From positions 149,422,001 through 149,486,000 of the forward strand of contig CM059432.1 of assembly GCA_030390025.1 (NCBI GenBank): DNA of 64,000 nucleotides, read 5' to 3'. The stretch is from Squalus acanthias (taxonomy: Eukaryota). Shown piece after piece: positions 23,605 through 36,096 of the stretch (position 1 is its first letter; the number at the start of each line of letters is the position of its first letter). The notes beneath the pieces were generated by a model. It was given only the letters and a program-made list of their open reading frames with translations. It searched no databases and had not been told where the DNA came from. Both the position numbers and the translations under genes were made by a program.

Positions 23605-25920
23605 TGCCTTTTCCCAGTGTTTCCAGTCACTGTGTCTCTTGGCCCACTGTTTCCAGTCACTGAGTCTCTTGGCCCAGTGTTTCCAGTCACTGTGTCTTGG
23701 CCCAGTGTTTCCAGTCACTGTGTCTCTTGGCCCAGTGTTTCCAGTCACTGTGTCTTGGCCCAGTGTTTCCAGTCACTGTGTCTCTTGGCCCAGTGTTTCC
23801 AGTCACTGTGTCTCTTGGCCCAGTGTTTCCAGTCACTGTGTCTCTCGGCCCAGTGTTTCCAGTCACTGTGTCCCTTTGCCCAGTGTTTCCAGTCACTGTG
23901 TCCCTTTGCCCAGTGTTTCCAGTCACTGTGTCCCTTTGCCCAGTGTTTCCAGTCACTGTGTCTCTTTGTCCAGTGTTTCCAGTCGCTGTGTCTCTTTGTC
24001 CAGTGTTTCCAGTCGCTGTGTCTCTTGGTCCAGTGTTTCCAGTCACTGTGTCCCTTTGCCCAGTGTTTCCAGTCACTGTGTCCCTTTGCCCAGTGTTTCC
24101 AGTCACTGTGTCTCTTGGCCCAGTGTTTCCAGTCACTGAGTCTCTTGGCCCAGTGTTTCCAGTCACTGTGTCTCTTGGCCCAGTGTTTCCAGTCACTGTG
24201 TCCCTTTGCCCAGTGTTTCCAGTCACTGTGTCTCTTTGTCCAGTGTTTCCAGTCGCTGTGTCTCTTTGTCCAGTGTTTCCAGTCGCTGTGTCTCTTGGTC
24301 CAGTGTTTCCAGTCACTGTGTCTCTTGGCCCAGTGTTTCCAGTCACTGTGTCTCTTTGTCCAGTGTTTCCAGTCGCTGTGTCTCTTTGTCCAGTGTTTCC
24401 AGTCGCTGTGTCTCTTGGTCCAGTGTTTCCAGTCACTGTGTCCCTTTGCCCAGTGTTTCCAGTCACTGTGTCCCTTGGTCCAGTGTTTCCAGTCACTGTG
24501 TCCCTTGGCCCAGTGTTTCCAGTCACTGTGTCCCTTGGCCCAGTGTTTCCAGTCACTGTGTCCCTTTGCCCAGTGTTTCCAGTCACTGTGTCCCTTTGCC
24601 CAGTGTTTCCAGTCACTGTGTCCCTTTGCCCAGTGTTTCCAGTCACTGTGTCCCTTTGCCCAGTGTTTCCAGTCACTGTGTCTTGGCCCAGTGTTTCCAG
24701 TCACTGTGTCTCTTTGTCCAGTGTTTCCAGTCACTGTGTCTCTTGGTCCAGTGTTTCCAGTCACTGTGTCTCTTGGCCCAGTGTTTCCAGTCACTGTGTC
24801 TCTTGGTCCAGTGTTTCCAGTCACTGTGTCTCTTTGTCCAGTGTTTCCAGTCACTGTGTCTCTTGGCCCAGTGTTTCCAGTCACTGTGTCTCTTGGCCCA
24901 GTGTTTCCAGTCACTGTGTCTCTTGGCCCAGTGTTTCCAGTCACTGTGTCTCTTTGCCCAGTGTTTCCAGTCACTGTGTCTTGGCCCAGTGTTTCCAGTC
25001 ACTGTGTCTCTTTGCCCAGTGTTTCCAGTCACTGTGTCTCTTTGCCCAGTGTTTCCAGTCACTGTGTCTCTTGGCCCAGTGTTTCCAGTCACTGTGTCCC
25101 TTTGCCCAGTGTTTCCAGTCACTGTGTCTCTTGGCCCAGTGTTTCCAGTCACTGTGTCTCTTGGCCCAGTGTTTCCAGTCACTGTGTCCCTTTGCCCAGT
25201 GTTTCCAGTCACTGAGTCTCTTGGCCCAGTGTTTCCAGTCACTGTGTCCCTTTGCCCAGTGTTTCCAGTCACTGTGTCTCTTGGCCCAGTGTTTCCAGTC
25301 ACTGTGTCCCTTTGCCCAGTGTTTCCAGTCACTGAGTCTCTTTGCCCAGTGTTTCCAGTCACTGTGTCCCTTTGCCCAGTGTTTCCAGTCACTGTGTCCC
25401 TTTGCCCAGTGTTTCCAGTCACTGTGTCCCTTGGCCCAGTGTTTCCAGTCACTGTGTCCCTTTGCCCAGTGTTTCCAGTCACTGTGTCCCTTTGCCCAGT
25501 GTTTCCAGTCACTGTGTCCCTTGGCCCAGTGTTTCCAGTCACTGTGTCCCTTTGCCCAGTGTTTCCAGTCACTGTGTCCCTTTGCCCAGTGTTTCCAGTC
25601 ACTGTGTCCCTTGGCCCAGTGTTTCCAGTCGCTGTGTCCCTTTGCCCAGTGTTTCCAGTCACTGTGTCTCTTGGCCCAGTGTTTCCAGTCACTGTGTCCC
25701 TTTGCCCAGTGTTTCCAGTCACTGTGTCTCTCGGCCCAGTGTTTCCAGTCACTGTGTCCCTTGGCCCAGTGTTTCCAGTCACTGTGTCCCTTTGCCCAGT
25801 GTTTCCAGTCACTGTGTCTCTTGGCCCAGTGTTTCCAGTCGCTGTGTCCCTTTGCCCAGTGTTTCCAGTCACTGTGTCCCTTTGCCCAGTGTTTCCAGTC
25901 ACTGTGTCCCTTTGCCCAGT
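23605..25920. repeat. 30-bp minisatellite, ~77 units (CAGTGTTTCCAGTCACTGTGTCYCTTKGYC), in the last TRANK1 intron
   Basis: Read directly; a few 28-bp units; accounts for all long ORFs at 23578-25978. Confidence 0.97.
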
Positions 25921-26002
25921 AGGCCTGTTTAACAATGTGTGCACATAACTGATGTGTTGGTTGTGTTAAATTTCTCATGTATGTACAATAATATTTTGCC
26001 AG

Positions 26003-26124
26003 GAGTTGAAGTTAACCGGAACACAGCTGATTTTGAAGAAGGCTTGGAAGACTGCCAAGAAAACTTCGATGAATTATGCTCCAAGAAGAAAAGGAAGTGC
26101 GCCAAAAAAAGGCGAAAGAAGTAG
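26003..26124 (+). CDS. TRANK1: TRANK1 terminal coding exon (G)VEVNRNTADFEEGLEDCQENFDELCSKKKRKCAKKRRKK*
   Basis: ttttgccAG acceptor, phase 1; acidic then strongly basic tail like the recalled TRANK1 C-terminus; TAG at 26122-26124. Confidence 0.8.
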
Positions 26125-28290
26125 CTTGGAACAAATCTTGTACAGTGGGGGGGGGGGGGGGGGCGTTGTAGGAGTAGATCAGAATTTCACTGTGTACCAG
26201 CTGTCATAAATCACATGCATCTCTTCGATCCTGCAGATTGAGTGTAGACACATCATTCTGCATTTGCTGATAATTATATACTGAGATAATTGTTAGATCT
26301 CTTTTTTTCTACTTTCTACCGACTTCATCATCTGCATCTGATGAGCCCTTCATAAAGGCCAGGCTTTCTCAACATACTGACCTGGTGGTACAGTGTCCCT
26401 TTGCCCAGATGGTATGTTTAAAGAGATGTACTATTGATACCCCTTTAAAAAAAATATCAAAACACAATAGACCTATTCATATCAATATGTTCTTCTCATC
26501 CTTGAAAAAGGGGTGTTGTTGAATATCAGTGTTTAGGTCGGAGGGATATCTGCTGGTGGGAGTTAGTGGGACTGATGAGCCGCAAGACTTGTGCCATTGG
26601 CCCTCTGAGCCAGTCCTGCCGATGAGGTGATAACATGCTCACCGTTAAACAAAATCATCTCCGAGACATAACCGAAAGGATGTTAACATTGCTGGTCATT
26701 TTTAACTTTTGATAATCTTTTTTTAAGCAGGGTACCGATCTCTCCTCAAATGCTCATTCAGTGTACAACCACTAAATGCCAGTGCCTCCTTGTGGTAGTG
26801 CAGAGCTGATGTTTCCTGGATTGTTTTAGACCTTTTTTAATTTTATTTCTCATTATTGTTGCACCTCAGTTTACGAGAGGCTGTTGCATTTGAAATTTTA
26901 CATTGATTTGTCGGTATGTCTGCAAAACAAAGTCATTGATGAATGTATTGTAGGTTTATCATTGAAGTATGATTGTAATATTCACCTGTATGAATTTAGT
27001 TTTTGGATTCTTTTATGAAGTTAAGCCGTTTGTTTTAAGGTTTAAATGTTTTTGCTTACATTTGGAATAGATGTTTATAGATACATACTTTTGGACCAAA
27101 TTACTTACTATAAAATCAACTTAAGCTCATTCTCTTAACAACCAAAATGTAGAAAAGGCCTGTGCAGTCTACTCCTGTTAATGCAAAGTAACGTTTTTGT
27201 TGAGGGGAAAAAAAAATCTATATTACCCAGTAGTTTGAATTCAGCAATTCAAACAGCGCAACGTGAGGTGATTTTTGCAACATTGGAACTTGAATTTACA
27301 TAATTTGAATGAACGATGCCATTTCGAATTAAGTAAAATTGCTTGAAACGGCCAAAAAAAAAACCCTTCCAAATAATGACTCTTGTTGAAAGTTTGAAAC
27401 TTTTTATCAACGTTCGCAAGTTAAGTTGTGAAATCTCTGCTCTCTGGTTTAAGATTTTAGGGGTTTGTTTTTTTTAAAGCCATTTTTATCCTTTGTTGTT
27501 GAAATGAGAAACTGTCAAGCCCGCAGATGTAAATGAATCTTTTTTTTTGCGCGCATCCTGTCAGTTTACATCTTCAGCTGAAATGAGCGATTACCAAACT
27601 GAATCGCCCTTTACACGTTCATGAAATCTAAAACCAGCAGTCTGAATCCACGTCAGGAGAGCATTGCTTGCTCTGCAAGAAGCTGCCTTTCAAGATTAAA
27701 ACAATTCACCGCAACATGTGAAAATTCCTCTGTTCTTGAAAAATTCTGGATTTTAAAGACAAAGAAAATGAGCAAATAAATTGCTAACCAAGTTGTGCAT
27801 CTGGGTTAAAATAAGTGTATTTTATATTTTACCAATCGATTTGATTTTCTCTAGGAAATCGTGGGTATAATAATGTTTTACCAACTGACTGAAGCTTTAG
27901 TTTTTCTACACACTGTCCTTTTGAAGAGTCCTAAAGGAGAATTTTCTTTCTAAATCTTTATTTTTTACTGAGATGCCTTTTCTGGTGTCAAGTTTGTAAT
28001 AATTGTTCTAAAGATTCCAGTGTTTTTGGCCTGTAAGATGTTTTACTGAAGTAAATCATTTTCCACAGTGTTTTATTTTGTGACATTGATTGCTTAATCT
28101 GTGTAAAAAAAAAAAGAAAAACCAACAGGAGGGACACTGTCCAACGATGGACTTAAAGCCAATAGACCGACAATCTTGTTTTTATTCATTCTCGTTATAT
28201 CTTTCCAAAGATATTAATGTGAGCTGATTCATTTTCTGTTTGTGTTCTTTTATAGGCTAGTGAGTGCCACCAAAATTAAATTGTATGATC
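26125..28290 (+). other. TRANK1: Probable TRANK1 3' UTR (AT-rich, no recognisable TE)
   Basis: Follows the stop codon; ~2.1 kb without recognisable repeats in a TE-dense window; AATAAA at 27775-27780 and ATTAAA at 28275-28280. Confidence 0.55.
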
Positions 28291-28443
28291 AGCGTTTTCT
28301 CGCTTCCAGATTATGTGCTCAAGTCCCGAAGTGTGTCAGGAGGCCCTGACCTTCTGACTCAGAGGCAAGCGTACAGGGCCTTGGTGAGACCACACCTGGA
28401 GTACTGTGCACAGTTTTAGTCTCCTTATTTAAGGAAGGATATA

Positions 28444-28807
28444 CAGGAAACTCTTTATTAACCGGCACCGACGGGACCGGCGTGGTGCCGGTTTATCAAA
28501 AAGTCCAGATAATGGAGAGTAATATCTCCCAACGTACGAGAGCCCCGTACACATTGACATGCGCCTGCATTCGGAGCTCCGTCTCCCCGGGGACCGCCAG
28601 CTGACCATCTGTCGTGTCCGCTGCCTACCCGGGCTGCACATTCCCCTCCCAATCTACATGCTCCGATACAAGGCAAACGCCTCGGGGTTTTTTTTAAAGT
28701 TAAATTTAAACGAGAGATGAAGGAAAACCCCGGTTACCTACTCAAGAATTTTGCCGGTTAAGAGAGATTTCCGGATATTTGGGTGCCGGTTAATAAAGAG
28801 TTTCCTG
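28444..28807. mobile_element. Tc1/mariner-pogo (Tigger-like) MITE, 364 bp
   Basis: Perfect 26-bp TIRs CAGGAAACTCTTTATTAACCGGCACC; TA TSD at 28442-3 and 28808-9; removing it restores the CR1 sequence aaggatata-cttgcc. Confidence 0.92.
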
Positions 28808-29255
28808 TACTTGCCTTGCAGGCGGTGCAACAAAGGTTCACTAGATTGATTCCTGGGATGAGAGGGCTGTCCTATGATGAGAGATTGTGTAGAATGGGCC
28901 TATACTCTCGAGTTTAGAAGAATGAGAGGTGATCTCATTGAAACTTAAAGATTCTGAGGGGGATCGACAGGGTAGATGCTGAGAGGTTGTTTCCCCTGGC
29001 TGGAGAGTCCAGAACTAGGGGGCATAGTCTCAGGATAAGGGGTCGGCCATTTAAGACTGAGATGAGGAGGAATTTCTTCACTCAGAAGGTTGTGAATCTT
29101 TGGAATTCTCTGCCCCAGAGGGCTATGAATGCTGAGTCTTTGAGTATATTCAAGGCTGAGAGCGATAGATTTTTGGACTCTCGGGGAATCAAGGGATACG
29201 GAGATCGGGCGGGAAAGTGGAGTTGAAGTCGATGATCAGCCATGATCTTATTGAA

Positions 29256-29890
29256 TGGCGGAGCAGGCTCGAGGGGCCGAGTGGCGGAGCAGGCTCGAGG
29301 GGCCGAGTGGCGGAGCAGGCTCGAGGGGCCGAGTGGCGGAGCAGGCTCGAGGGGCCGAGTGGCGGAGCAGGCTCGAGGGGCCGAGTGGCGGAGCAGGCTC
29401 GAGGGGCCGAGTGGCGGAGCAGGCTCGAGGGGCCGAGTGGCGGAGCAGGCTCGAGGGGCCGAGTGGCGGAGCAGGCTCGAGGGGCCGAGTGGCGGAGCAG
29501 GCTCGAGGGGCCGAGTGGCGGAGCAGGCTCGAGGGGCCGAGTGGCGGAGCAGGCTCGAGGGGCCGAGTGGCGGAGCAGGCTCGAGGGGCCGTGTGGCGGA
29601 GCAGGCTCGAGGGGCCGAGTGGCGGAGCAGGCTCGAGGGGCCGTGTGGCGGAGCAGGCTCGAGGGGCCGTGTGGCGGAGCAGGCTCGAGGGGCCGTGGGC
29701 GGAGCAGGCTCGAGGGCCGTGTGGCGGAGCAGGCTCGAGGGGCCGTGTGGCGGAGCAGGCTCGAGGGGCCGTGTGGCGGAGCAGGCTCGAGGGGCCGTGT
29801 GGCGGAGCAGGCTCGAGGGGCCGTGTGGCGGAGCAGGCTCGAGGGGGCCGAGTGCAGGAGCAGGCACGAGGGGCCGTGTGGCGGAGCAGG
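29256..29890 (+). repeat. 26-bp minisatellite TGGCGGAGCAGGCTCGAGGGGCCGWG (~24 units) from the CR1 3' UTR stem-loop
   Basis: The unit equals the single-copy CR1 3' UTR segment seen at ~48153-48178. Confidence 0.95.
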
Positions 29891-30343
29891 CTCCTGCTCC
29901 TAGTTCTTGTGTGCTGCCACTGAGCCAAGCTGACGCTTAAGGAAAGAGGGAAATGGGACCAAGTTGATCGCTTCAATGAAAGAGCCAGCACCACACAGAC
30001 ACACGGGGTTGAATGATCTCCCTTACATTCCACACATTTGTTCCCAAAAATTCAAAGGATTAATTTATATTTTATTTGTTGATGTTTTAAGGTTTTTCAG
30101 CCATTCAAACTCACTCCTTCGACAGACCAGGTACAATCTAACCTTTTGTGGACTCCACCCAACCCATTTAATCTGTTGTGGAAAGGTTCTGCAGAAATAC
30201 GTTCCCAATGGCAAAAAGCAAAAAACTAGAATCTTAACACTTCCGCCACTAGGGTTCAACACATCCACACCAGACCCAGCAACACTGGCACCATCATAGA
30301 AATTACAGCACTGAAGGAGACTATTGAGCCCATTGGAGCCATC

Positions 30344-31144
30344 GGGCTGGATTTTGTTAATGGAGGCGGAACTCCCACTTTTTGGGTTGTAGTCCCGCCT
30401 CCATCGACTTGTGGCCAACCCACTGTATTTTCCCTTGATTGACCTTGTTAAGCCCGCCCAGCAGGCTTAGCAGGCCAATCAAGGGTCCCTTGGATACAGG
30501 TGACGTCAGCCATTGAAATTTCATCTGTCAAGAGCTTTTGACAGATGAAATTTCAGTGTTTGACAGCTCTGTGAAGCTGTCAAACACTGACAATATGATT
30601 TCTAACTTGAGTCCCTGTACTTAGACTCAGTTAGAAATCAATCCAGCACAGAAAGCAGAGACTGCAGCTTTTGACAGCTCAGCGGCCATTCTGCTTTCTG
30701 TGCCGGGGATGTGAGGGACTCCCGACACCTTAAGGAAGCTAGCCTGCAGGACAAAGTTAAGGTAAGTAAAAGTTCTTAAAACACTTTACACACACCAAAC
30801 ACACTTCCCTCTGCACTCATGCACCCATCACTCACCTGCACACCGGACATCTTGACCCCTCCAGACCGACGGTCCGCCTCGCTAAATCGGTGTGGTTCGG
30901 ACCTGTCGGGAAGCCCACACGTCAGGGCTAAAAATAGGGATTAGGCAAAAAACTGCCTGTTAACTACCTGTTAACAGGCAGTTTATTGGCACTAATCCCC
31001 TTCCCCCCTCAGGGAGGCGGGTCCCAGCACAGGTTGGGTACCCGCCTCCTGGGAAACTGGCATGGGGGCGGGATGGGTTCGGGACCCCCGAATCTGCTAT
31101 TTTCACACCACTCCCGCCTCCACAGGCCGGTGAAAATTGAGTCC
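30344..31144. mobile_element. ~800-bp Harbinger-like MITE, copy 1
   Basis: TIRs gggctggattttg / gaaaattgagtcc; 3-bp TSD ATC/ATC; internal palindromes tttcatctgtcaa...ttgacagatgaaa and tttgacagct...agctgtcaaa. Confidence 0.75.
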
Positions 31145-31178
31145 ATCATCTCTGTCCCAATCCCCTGTTTCATTAAGT

Positions 31179-31510
31179 GTCAGCCTTGGCTCAGTGGGTA
31201 GCGCTCTCATCTCAGAGTCACAAGGTCATGGGTTCAAGTCCCACTCCATGGACTTGAGTACATAATCTAGGCTGACACATCAGTGCAGTGCTGAGGGAGT
31301 GCTGCACTGCCAGACGCTGGGACGGTAAACCGAGGCCCAGTCCGCCCATTCAGGGGGACATAAAGGCTCCCGTAGCAGCAATTGCATAAGAGCAAGTTGT
31401 CCCGGTGTCCTGGCCAACATTCAGCCATCAACCAACACTGCCAAATACTGATTAACTGATCACTTCTCTCATTTGTTGTTTGTGGGATCTTACTGTGGAC
31501 AAATTAGCTG
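31179..31510 (+). mobile_element. Older Deu-domain SINE copy
   Basis: tgtcagccttggctcagtgggtagc...gggttcaagtcccactcc...aaaccgaggcccagtc. Confidence 0.75.
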
Positions 31511-32594
31511 TTTTTCTTTATATGTTCTCAGCTTGTGAGTGGCACTGGCAAGGCCACCGTCACTGCCCTGTGAGGCCGGTAGAAGGCCGCCTTGAGCCGC
31601 TGCAGTCCTTGTGATGGTGTTAGGTTGGGAATCCCAGCATATTGATCCAGTGATGAAGGAATGGCGATATATATCCATGTCAGGATAGAGTGTGACTTGG
31701 AGGGGTATTTGGGGGTGTTCCCATGATATTGATGCTCTTGTCTTTATCGGTGTTAGCGGTCGCAAGAGAGAGAGTTGCTTTTGAAGTAACTTTGTGAGTT
31801 GCTGCAGTGTATCCTGTAGATAGTACACACTGCAGCCACAGTGTGCCAGTGACTGAGGGGGTGAATACTGAGGCTAGTGGCTGGGTCACCAGTCAAGCAA
31901 ACTGCTTTGTCCTGGATGCTGTTGAGCTTCTTGTGGTGTTTGCGATGCACATGTCCAGATAAGTGGTGATTAACCCATCACTGCCCTGATTTGAACCTTG
32001 TAGATGGTGGTGAAACTTTGAAGGGTCAGCAGGTGACCGCTCATTTGAGTACCCAGCCCACATGACAACCGAGTACAGTTCAAAAGTATTTCATTGGCTG
32101 TAAAACACTTTTTGGGATGTCCTGAGGATGTGAAAGGCGCTAAATAAATGCAAGTTCCTTTTCAAACACTCAGCCAATTATCTTTAGATTTAATCTCTGC
32201 CTCAATGTCCACTTGTCCAAACAGCCCTCTGTGTGGAAAAGATTTTTCAAACTGCCACCCACTGATCCTCTGGTAATAATCCTGAATCTCTGCTCACTTT
32301 GGGAACTCTCAACTGTTGAGAGAGGCCCCGAGAGGGGGTGTTGCAACTCCGGGATCAGTGCATTTGCGTTGATCTGCATCTAAACCACTTTGTATCGATG
32401 TTAAAATGGCAGGAGAATTGCAGTCCAACTGGCACAGTATCAGCGAACTTATTTTGAAAGGTGAAGTAATTCCTAAAATGTTTCACATTTCATGTTAATT
32501 GTTTAACATCTTCTGATGACAGTCTGGACCTCAGAGCCCACTAAAGAAATACGAAAACTAATTCAAATCCAGTTTGGAAGCTGGACTGTAGATC

Positions 32595-33135
32595 CTGTAC
32601 ACCTGGAGTGCTGCGCTCAGTTTTGGTCTCCGCTTCTGAGAAAGGGCATGCATGCCTTCCAGGTGGAGCAACGAAGGTTCACTCGATTGATTCCTGGGAT
32701 GAGAGGGCTTGTCCTCTGAGGAGAGATCGAGTAGATTGGGCCGATACTCTCTGGAGTTTAGAAGAATGAGAGGTGACCTCATTGAAACATACAAGATTCT
32801 GAAGGGGAATTGACAGGGTAGATGCTGAGAGGTTGTTTCCCCTCGTGGGGGAGTCTAGAACTAGGGGGCGTAGTCTCAGGATAAGGGGTCGGCCATTTAA
32901 GACTGAGATAAGGAGGAATTTCTTGACTCTTTGGAATTCTCTGCCCCAGAGGGCTGTGAATGCTGAGTCGTTGAGTATATTCAAGGCAGAGATAGATTTT
33001 TGTACTCTAGGGGGAATCGAGGAATATGGAGATCGGGCGGGAAAGTAGAGTTGAGGTTGAAGATCAGCCATGATCTTATTGAATGGTGGAGTGGGTTCAA
33101 GGGGCCGTATGGTCGTCTACTATTCCTTATGTTCT
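32595..33135 (+). mobile_element. CR1 3' fragment
   Basis: HLECCAQFWSP...FPLVGESRTRGRSLRIRGRPFKTE; ttatgttct tail. Confidence 0.88.
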
Positions 33136-33394
33136 AAACACTTCCTACTCGTTCTACAGTACTGGTTGTCCCCCGTAGAGGGAGCTCTAACACCACAGAT
33201 ATATTAGCAATCCCTCCTGTGGCAAACAGTAAGTATCACCGAGATGAAAGAGTGATCGACCCGAGTGTTTCATTAGTGTCCTTTCCTGCACCAAGTCTCC
33301 CACATAAATGAGCAACAGTCTGTTCCAATCATTCAGGATCGATACCTCCAGTGTCATTTTAGAATCAACATTAAGCAACTGAATAAGGTATTTT

Positions 33395-33995
33395 TTATTC
33401 ATTCACGGGATGTGGGTGTCGCTGGCAAGGCCGGCATTTATTGCCCATCCTAGTTGCCCCTTGAGAGGGTGGTGGTGAGCCGCCTTCTTGAGCCGCTGCA
33501 GTCCGTGTGGTGAAGGTGCTCCCACAGTGCTGTTAGGGAGGGAGTTTCCAGGATTTTGACCCAGTGATGATGAAGGATCGGCGATATACTTCTAAGTCAG
33601 GATGGTGTGTGACTTGGAGGGGAACTTGGAGGTGGTGGTGTTCCCATGCGCCTGCTGCCCTTGTCCTTCTAGGTGGAAGAGGTTGCGGGTTTGGGAGGTG
33701 CTGCCGAAGAAGCCTTGTCGAATTGCTGCAGTGCATCTTGTAGATGGTACACACTGCAGCCACGGTGCACTGGTGGTGGAGGGAGTGAGTGTTTAAGGTG
33801 GTGGATGGGGTGCCAAACAAGCGGGCTGCTTTGTCCTGGATGGTGTCGAGCTTCGTGAGTGTTGTTGGAGCTGCACTCATCCAGGCAAGTGGAGAGTATT
33901 CCATCACACTCCTGACTTGTGCCTTGTAGATGGTGGAAAGGCTTTGGGGAGTCAGGATGTGAGACACTTGCCGCAGACTACCCAACCTCTGACCT
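33395..33995 (-). mobile_element. Non-LTR retrotransposon 3' fragment (CR1/L2 group)
   Basis: YKAQVRSVMEYSPLAWMSAAPTTLTKLDTIQDKAARL. Confidence 0.8.
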
Positions 33996-34139
33996 GAGCA
34001 TGTTATAAATGGACAAATGTCTTGCAGTGACATGGATAATGAAGTGGGTTTAAATGGTACACGATTGTGAACATAGTTTTAAAATTTCCCTTGCCTTCAA
34101 TCTGCTGAGTATGTGAACTTGGTTTCAATCCTTGATCCT

Positions 34140-35015
34140 GTAATTGGAAGAGAGTGACTTCGCACTTGGATAAATATGAACTAATCAGAGAGCCAGAATG
34201 GATTTGGAAAGGCTAAGTCATGTCTTAACAAACAGAGTTGAATTTTTTTAGGAGGTAACTAACATGGAACATGGTAGATAAGGGAGTGTCTATGGATGTT
34301 ATTTATATGGATTTCCAGAAAGTTTTCGATAAGGTTCCACATAAGAGACTTAACAAGAATGAGAGCCCATGAATTGGAGGAAACCACTGACCTGGGTAGG
34401 GAATTGGTTAGAACATAGAAGACAGAGAGGAGGGATAATGTGTATGAACTCGAATTGGCAGGATGTGACTAGAGGTGTCCCCCAGGGATCTGTACTGGGC
34501 CACAGCTTTTCACTGTATTTATGAATGACTTGAATGAAGGAAGAGAGAGTCATATATCCAAGTTTGCTGACAACACTAAGTTAGAATCATAGACTCAGAA
34601 TGGTTACAGCACAGAAGGAGGCCATTCGCCCCGGCGAGCCCATGCCAGCTCTCTGCAGGAGCACTTCAGCTAGTCCCACTCCCCCGCCCTTTCCCCGTAG
34701 CCCTGCAAAAAAACATTTCCTTCAGGTACTTATCGAATTCCCTTTTGAAAGCCACGATTGAATCTGTCTCCACCACCCTCTCAGGCAGTGCATTCCAGAT
34801 CATAACCACTCGCTGAGTAAAAAAAGTTTTTCCTCATGTCGCCTTTGGTTCTTCTGCCAATCACTTTAAATCTGTGCCCTCTGGTTCTCAACCCTTCCGC
34901 TAATGGGAACAGTTTCTCTCTATCGACTCTGTCCAGACCCCTCGTGATTTTGAACACCTCTATCAAATCTCCTCTCAACCTTCTTTGCTCAAAGGAGAAC
35001 AACCCCAGCTTCTCC
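34140..35015. mobile_element. Two abutting CR1 fragments: + RT piece (34140-34585) and - 3' end (34583-35015)
   Basis: + strand has IYMDFQKVFDKVPH and SKFADNTK; - strand has LFSFEQRRLRGDLIEVFKI. Confidence 0.8.
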
Positions 35016-36096
35016 TTGGAGCAGAGAAGACCGGTACCTGCTCCGCTCCGCCCTGGCAGCTTTGGCAGGGGAGCTGTAAGATAGGCCATAGGCCTCTCAT
35101 TTACATTTGTAATGCATCTAACGCCCGTTTCAGTGGCCCCCAGGGGCGCCTGAAAAGTCGTCCAACCCAATTTTGAGTTGAACATCTTCCAGGTGTCCTT
35201 GGCACACAGGATGTTGGTCGCCAGTTTTCCGTTTCTAAAATGGGTGCAACAAGTCCAATTTCTACCCCATTATCTTTTCATTTATCTCCATTGCTGTTTG
35301 TGGGACTTTGTGTGCAAGTTGGTTGCCAAGTTTGCCTCCATAATAACACTTCAAAAGCACTTTATCAGTGGCGAACATGCAATGCCTAATATAAGTGCAA
35401 GTTCTCTCTTTCATGAACACAAATGATGTGTCGGATCAAAGGTGGATTGTGATAACGGCCTATTGGATGGTCGCAAACCTCGAACTTAAGTACAAGCCAT
35501 TACATTGACCTTCGGGAGGTGAAGAATTGCTATGTAGAGACTCTAGTTGGCAGTGTATGTGGGTGGGATGGTACTCGGCCATGAAACACTCTCGGCCACT
35601 AAATTACTGGACCCTTTGAGGCTCCCACCTGAACACCGGCCCTCGACCTACGGAATTCTGCACAAGCAAAGATTCAACATCAGAAATGGCGGGGAAAGGA
35701 AAAAATTACTAAAAAAATAAATCTACAGCATTATTTCAAAATAATGAGTTTGCGATTGGATGATGATTTGAAAATAAAATGAATTTAAAAATGAGCTATT
35801 TTGGATGATCTGTTATGATCACAAGTAATCAAAAATTTCAACCCCTGACCATATCCTGCAGTGATAACTCAACCTGCAATATCACCCAACTGTGTCATTT
35901 GTTTGTACTTCCTATTGTTTTATTCGTTTGTATATTCTTCTGGTGATAAATACAAAGAACAGGCCTGGGTTGTACTGTGGACTTGGTGCTAAATTCATTG
36001 ATGATGTTGGTGCAGATTTATTACAGCTACTCTATAACACAGAAGAATTAACAACTGTGTTGCTGCGTCGCTGCTGTACACTCAAGATAGTGGTCT

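Larger units (their letters stand above)
28372..29905 (+). mobile_element. CR1 3' fragment interrupted by a MITE and by a 26-bp expansion in its 3' UTR
   Basis: LVRPHLEYCAQF...; FPLAGESRTRGHSLRIRGRPFKTEMRRNFFTQ; ends ctcctgctcctagttcttgtg. Confidence 0.9.

Noticed and set aside
23605..25920. CRISPR-like array or V(D)J RSS array (CACAGTG in most units on the minus strand)
   Set aside because: No unique spacers and no cas genes; no ACAAAAACC-like nonamer at 12- or 23-bp spacing; no Ig or TCR segments nearby.
23578..25978. Long ORFs of 300-740 aa on both strands
   Set aside because: Artefacts of a nearly stop-free 30-bp tandem unit; no splice or homology support.
26570..26690. Hammerhead- or C/D snoRNA-like motifs in the 3' UTR (CTGATGA; CCGATGA-GGTGA...TCACC-GTTAAAC)
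   Set aside because: Catalytic core incomplete (no GAAA after stem II, no clear stems I and III); C-to-D box spacing too short.
29082..30033. Overlapping 220-260 aa ORFs
   Set aside because: Translations of the 26-bp CR1-derived minisatellite.
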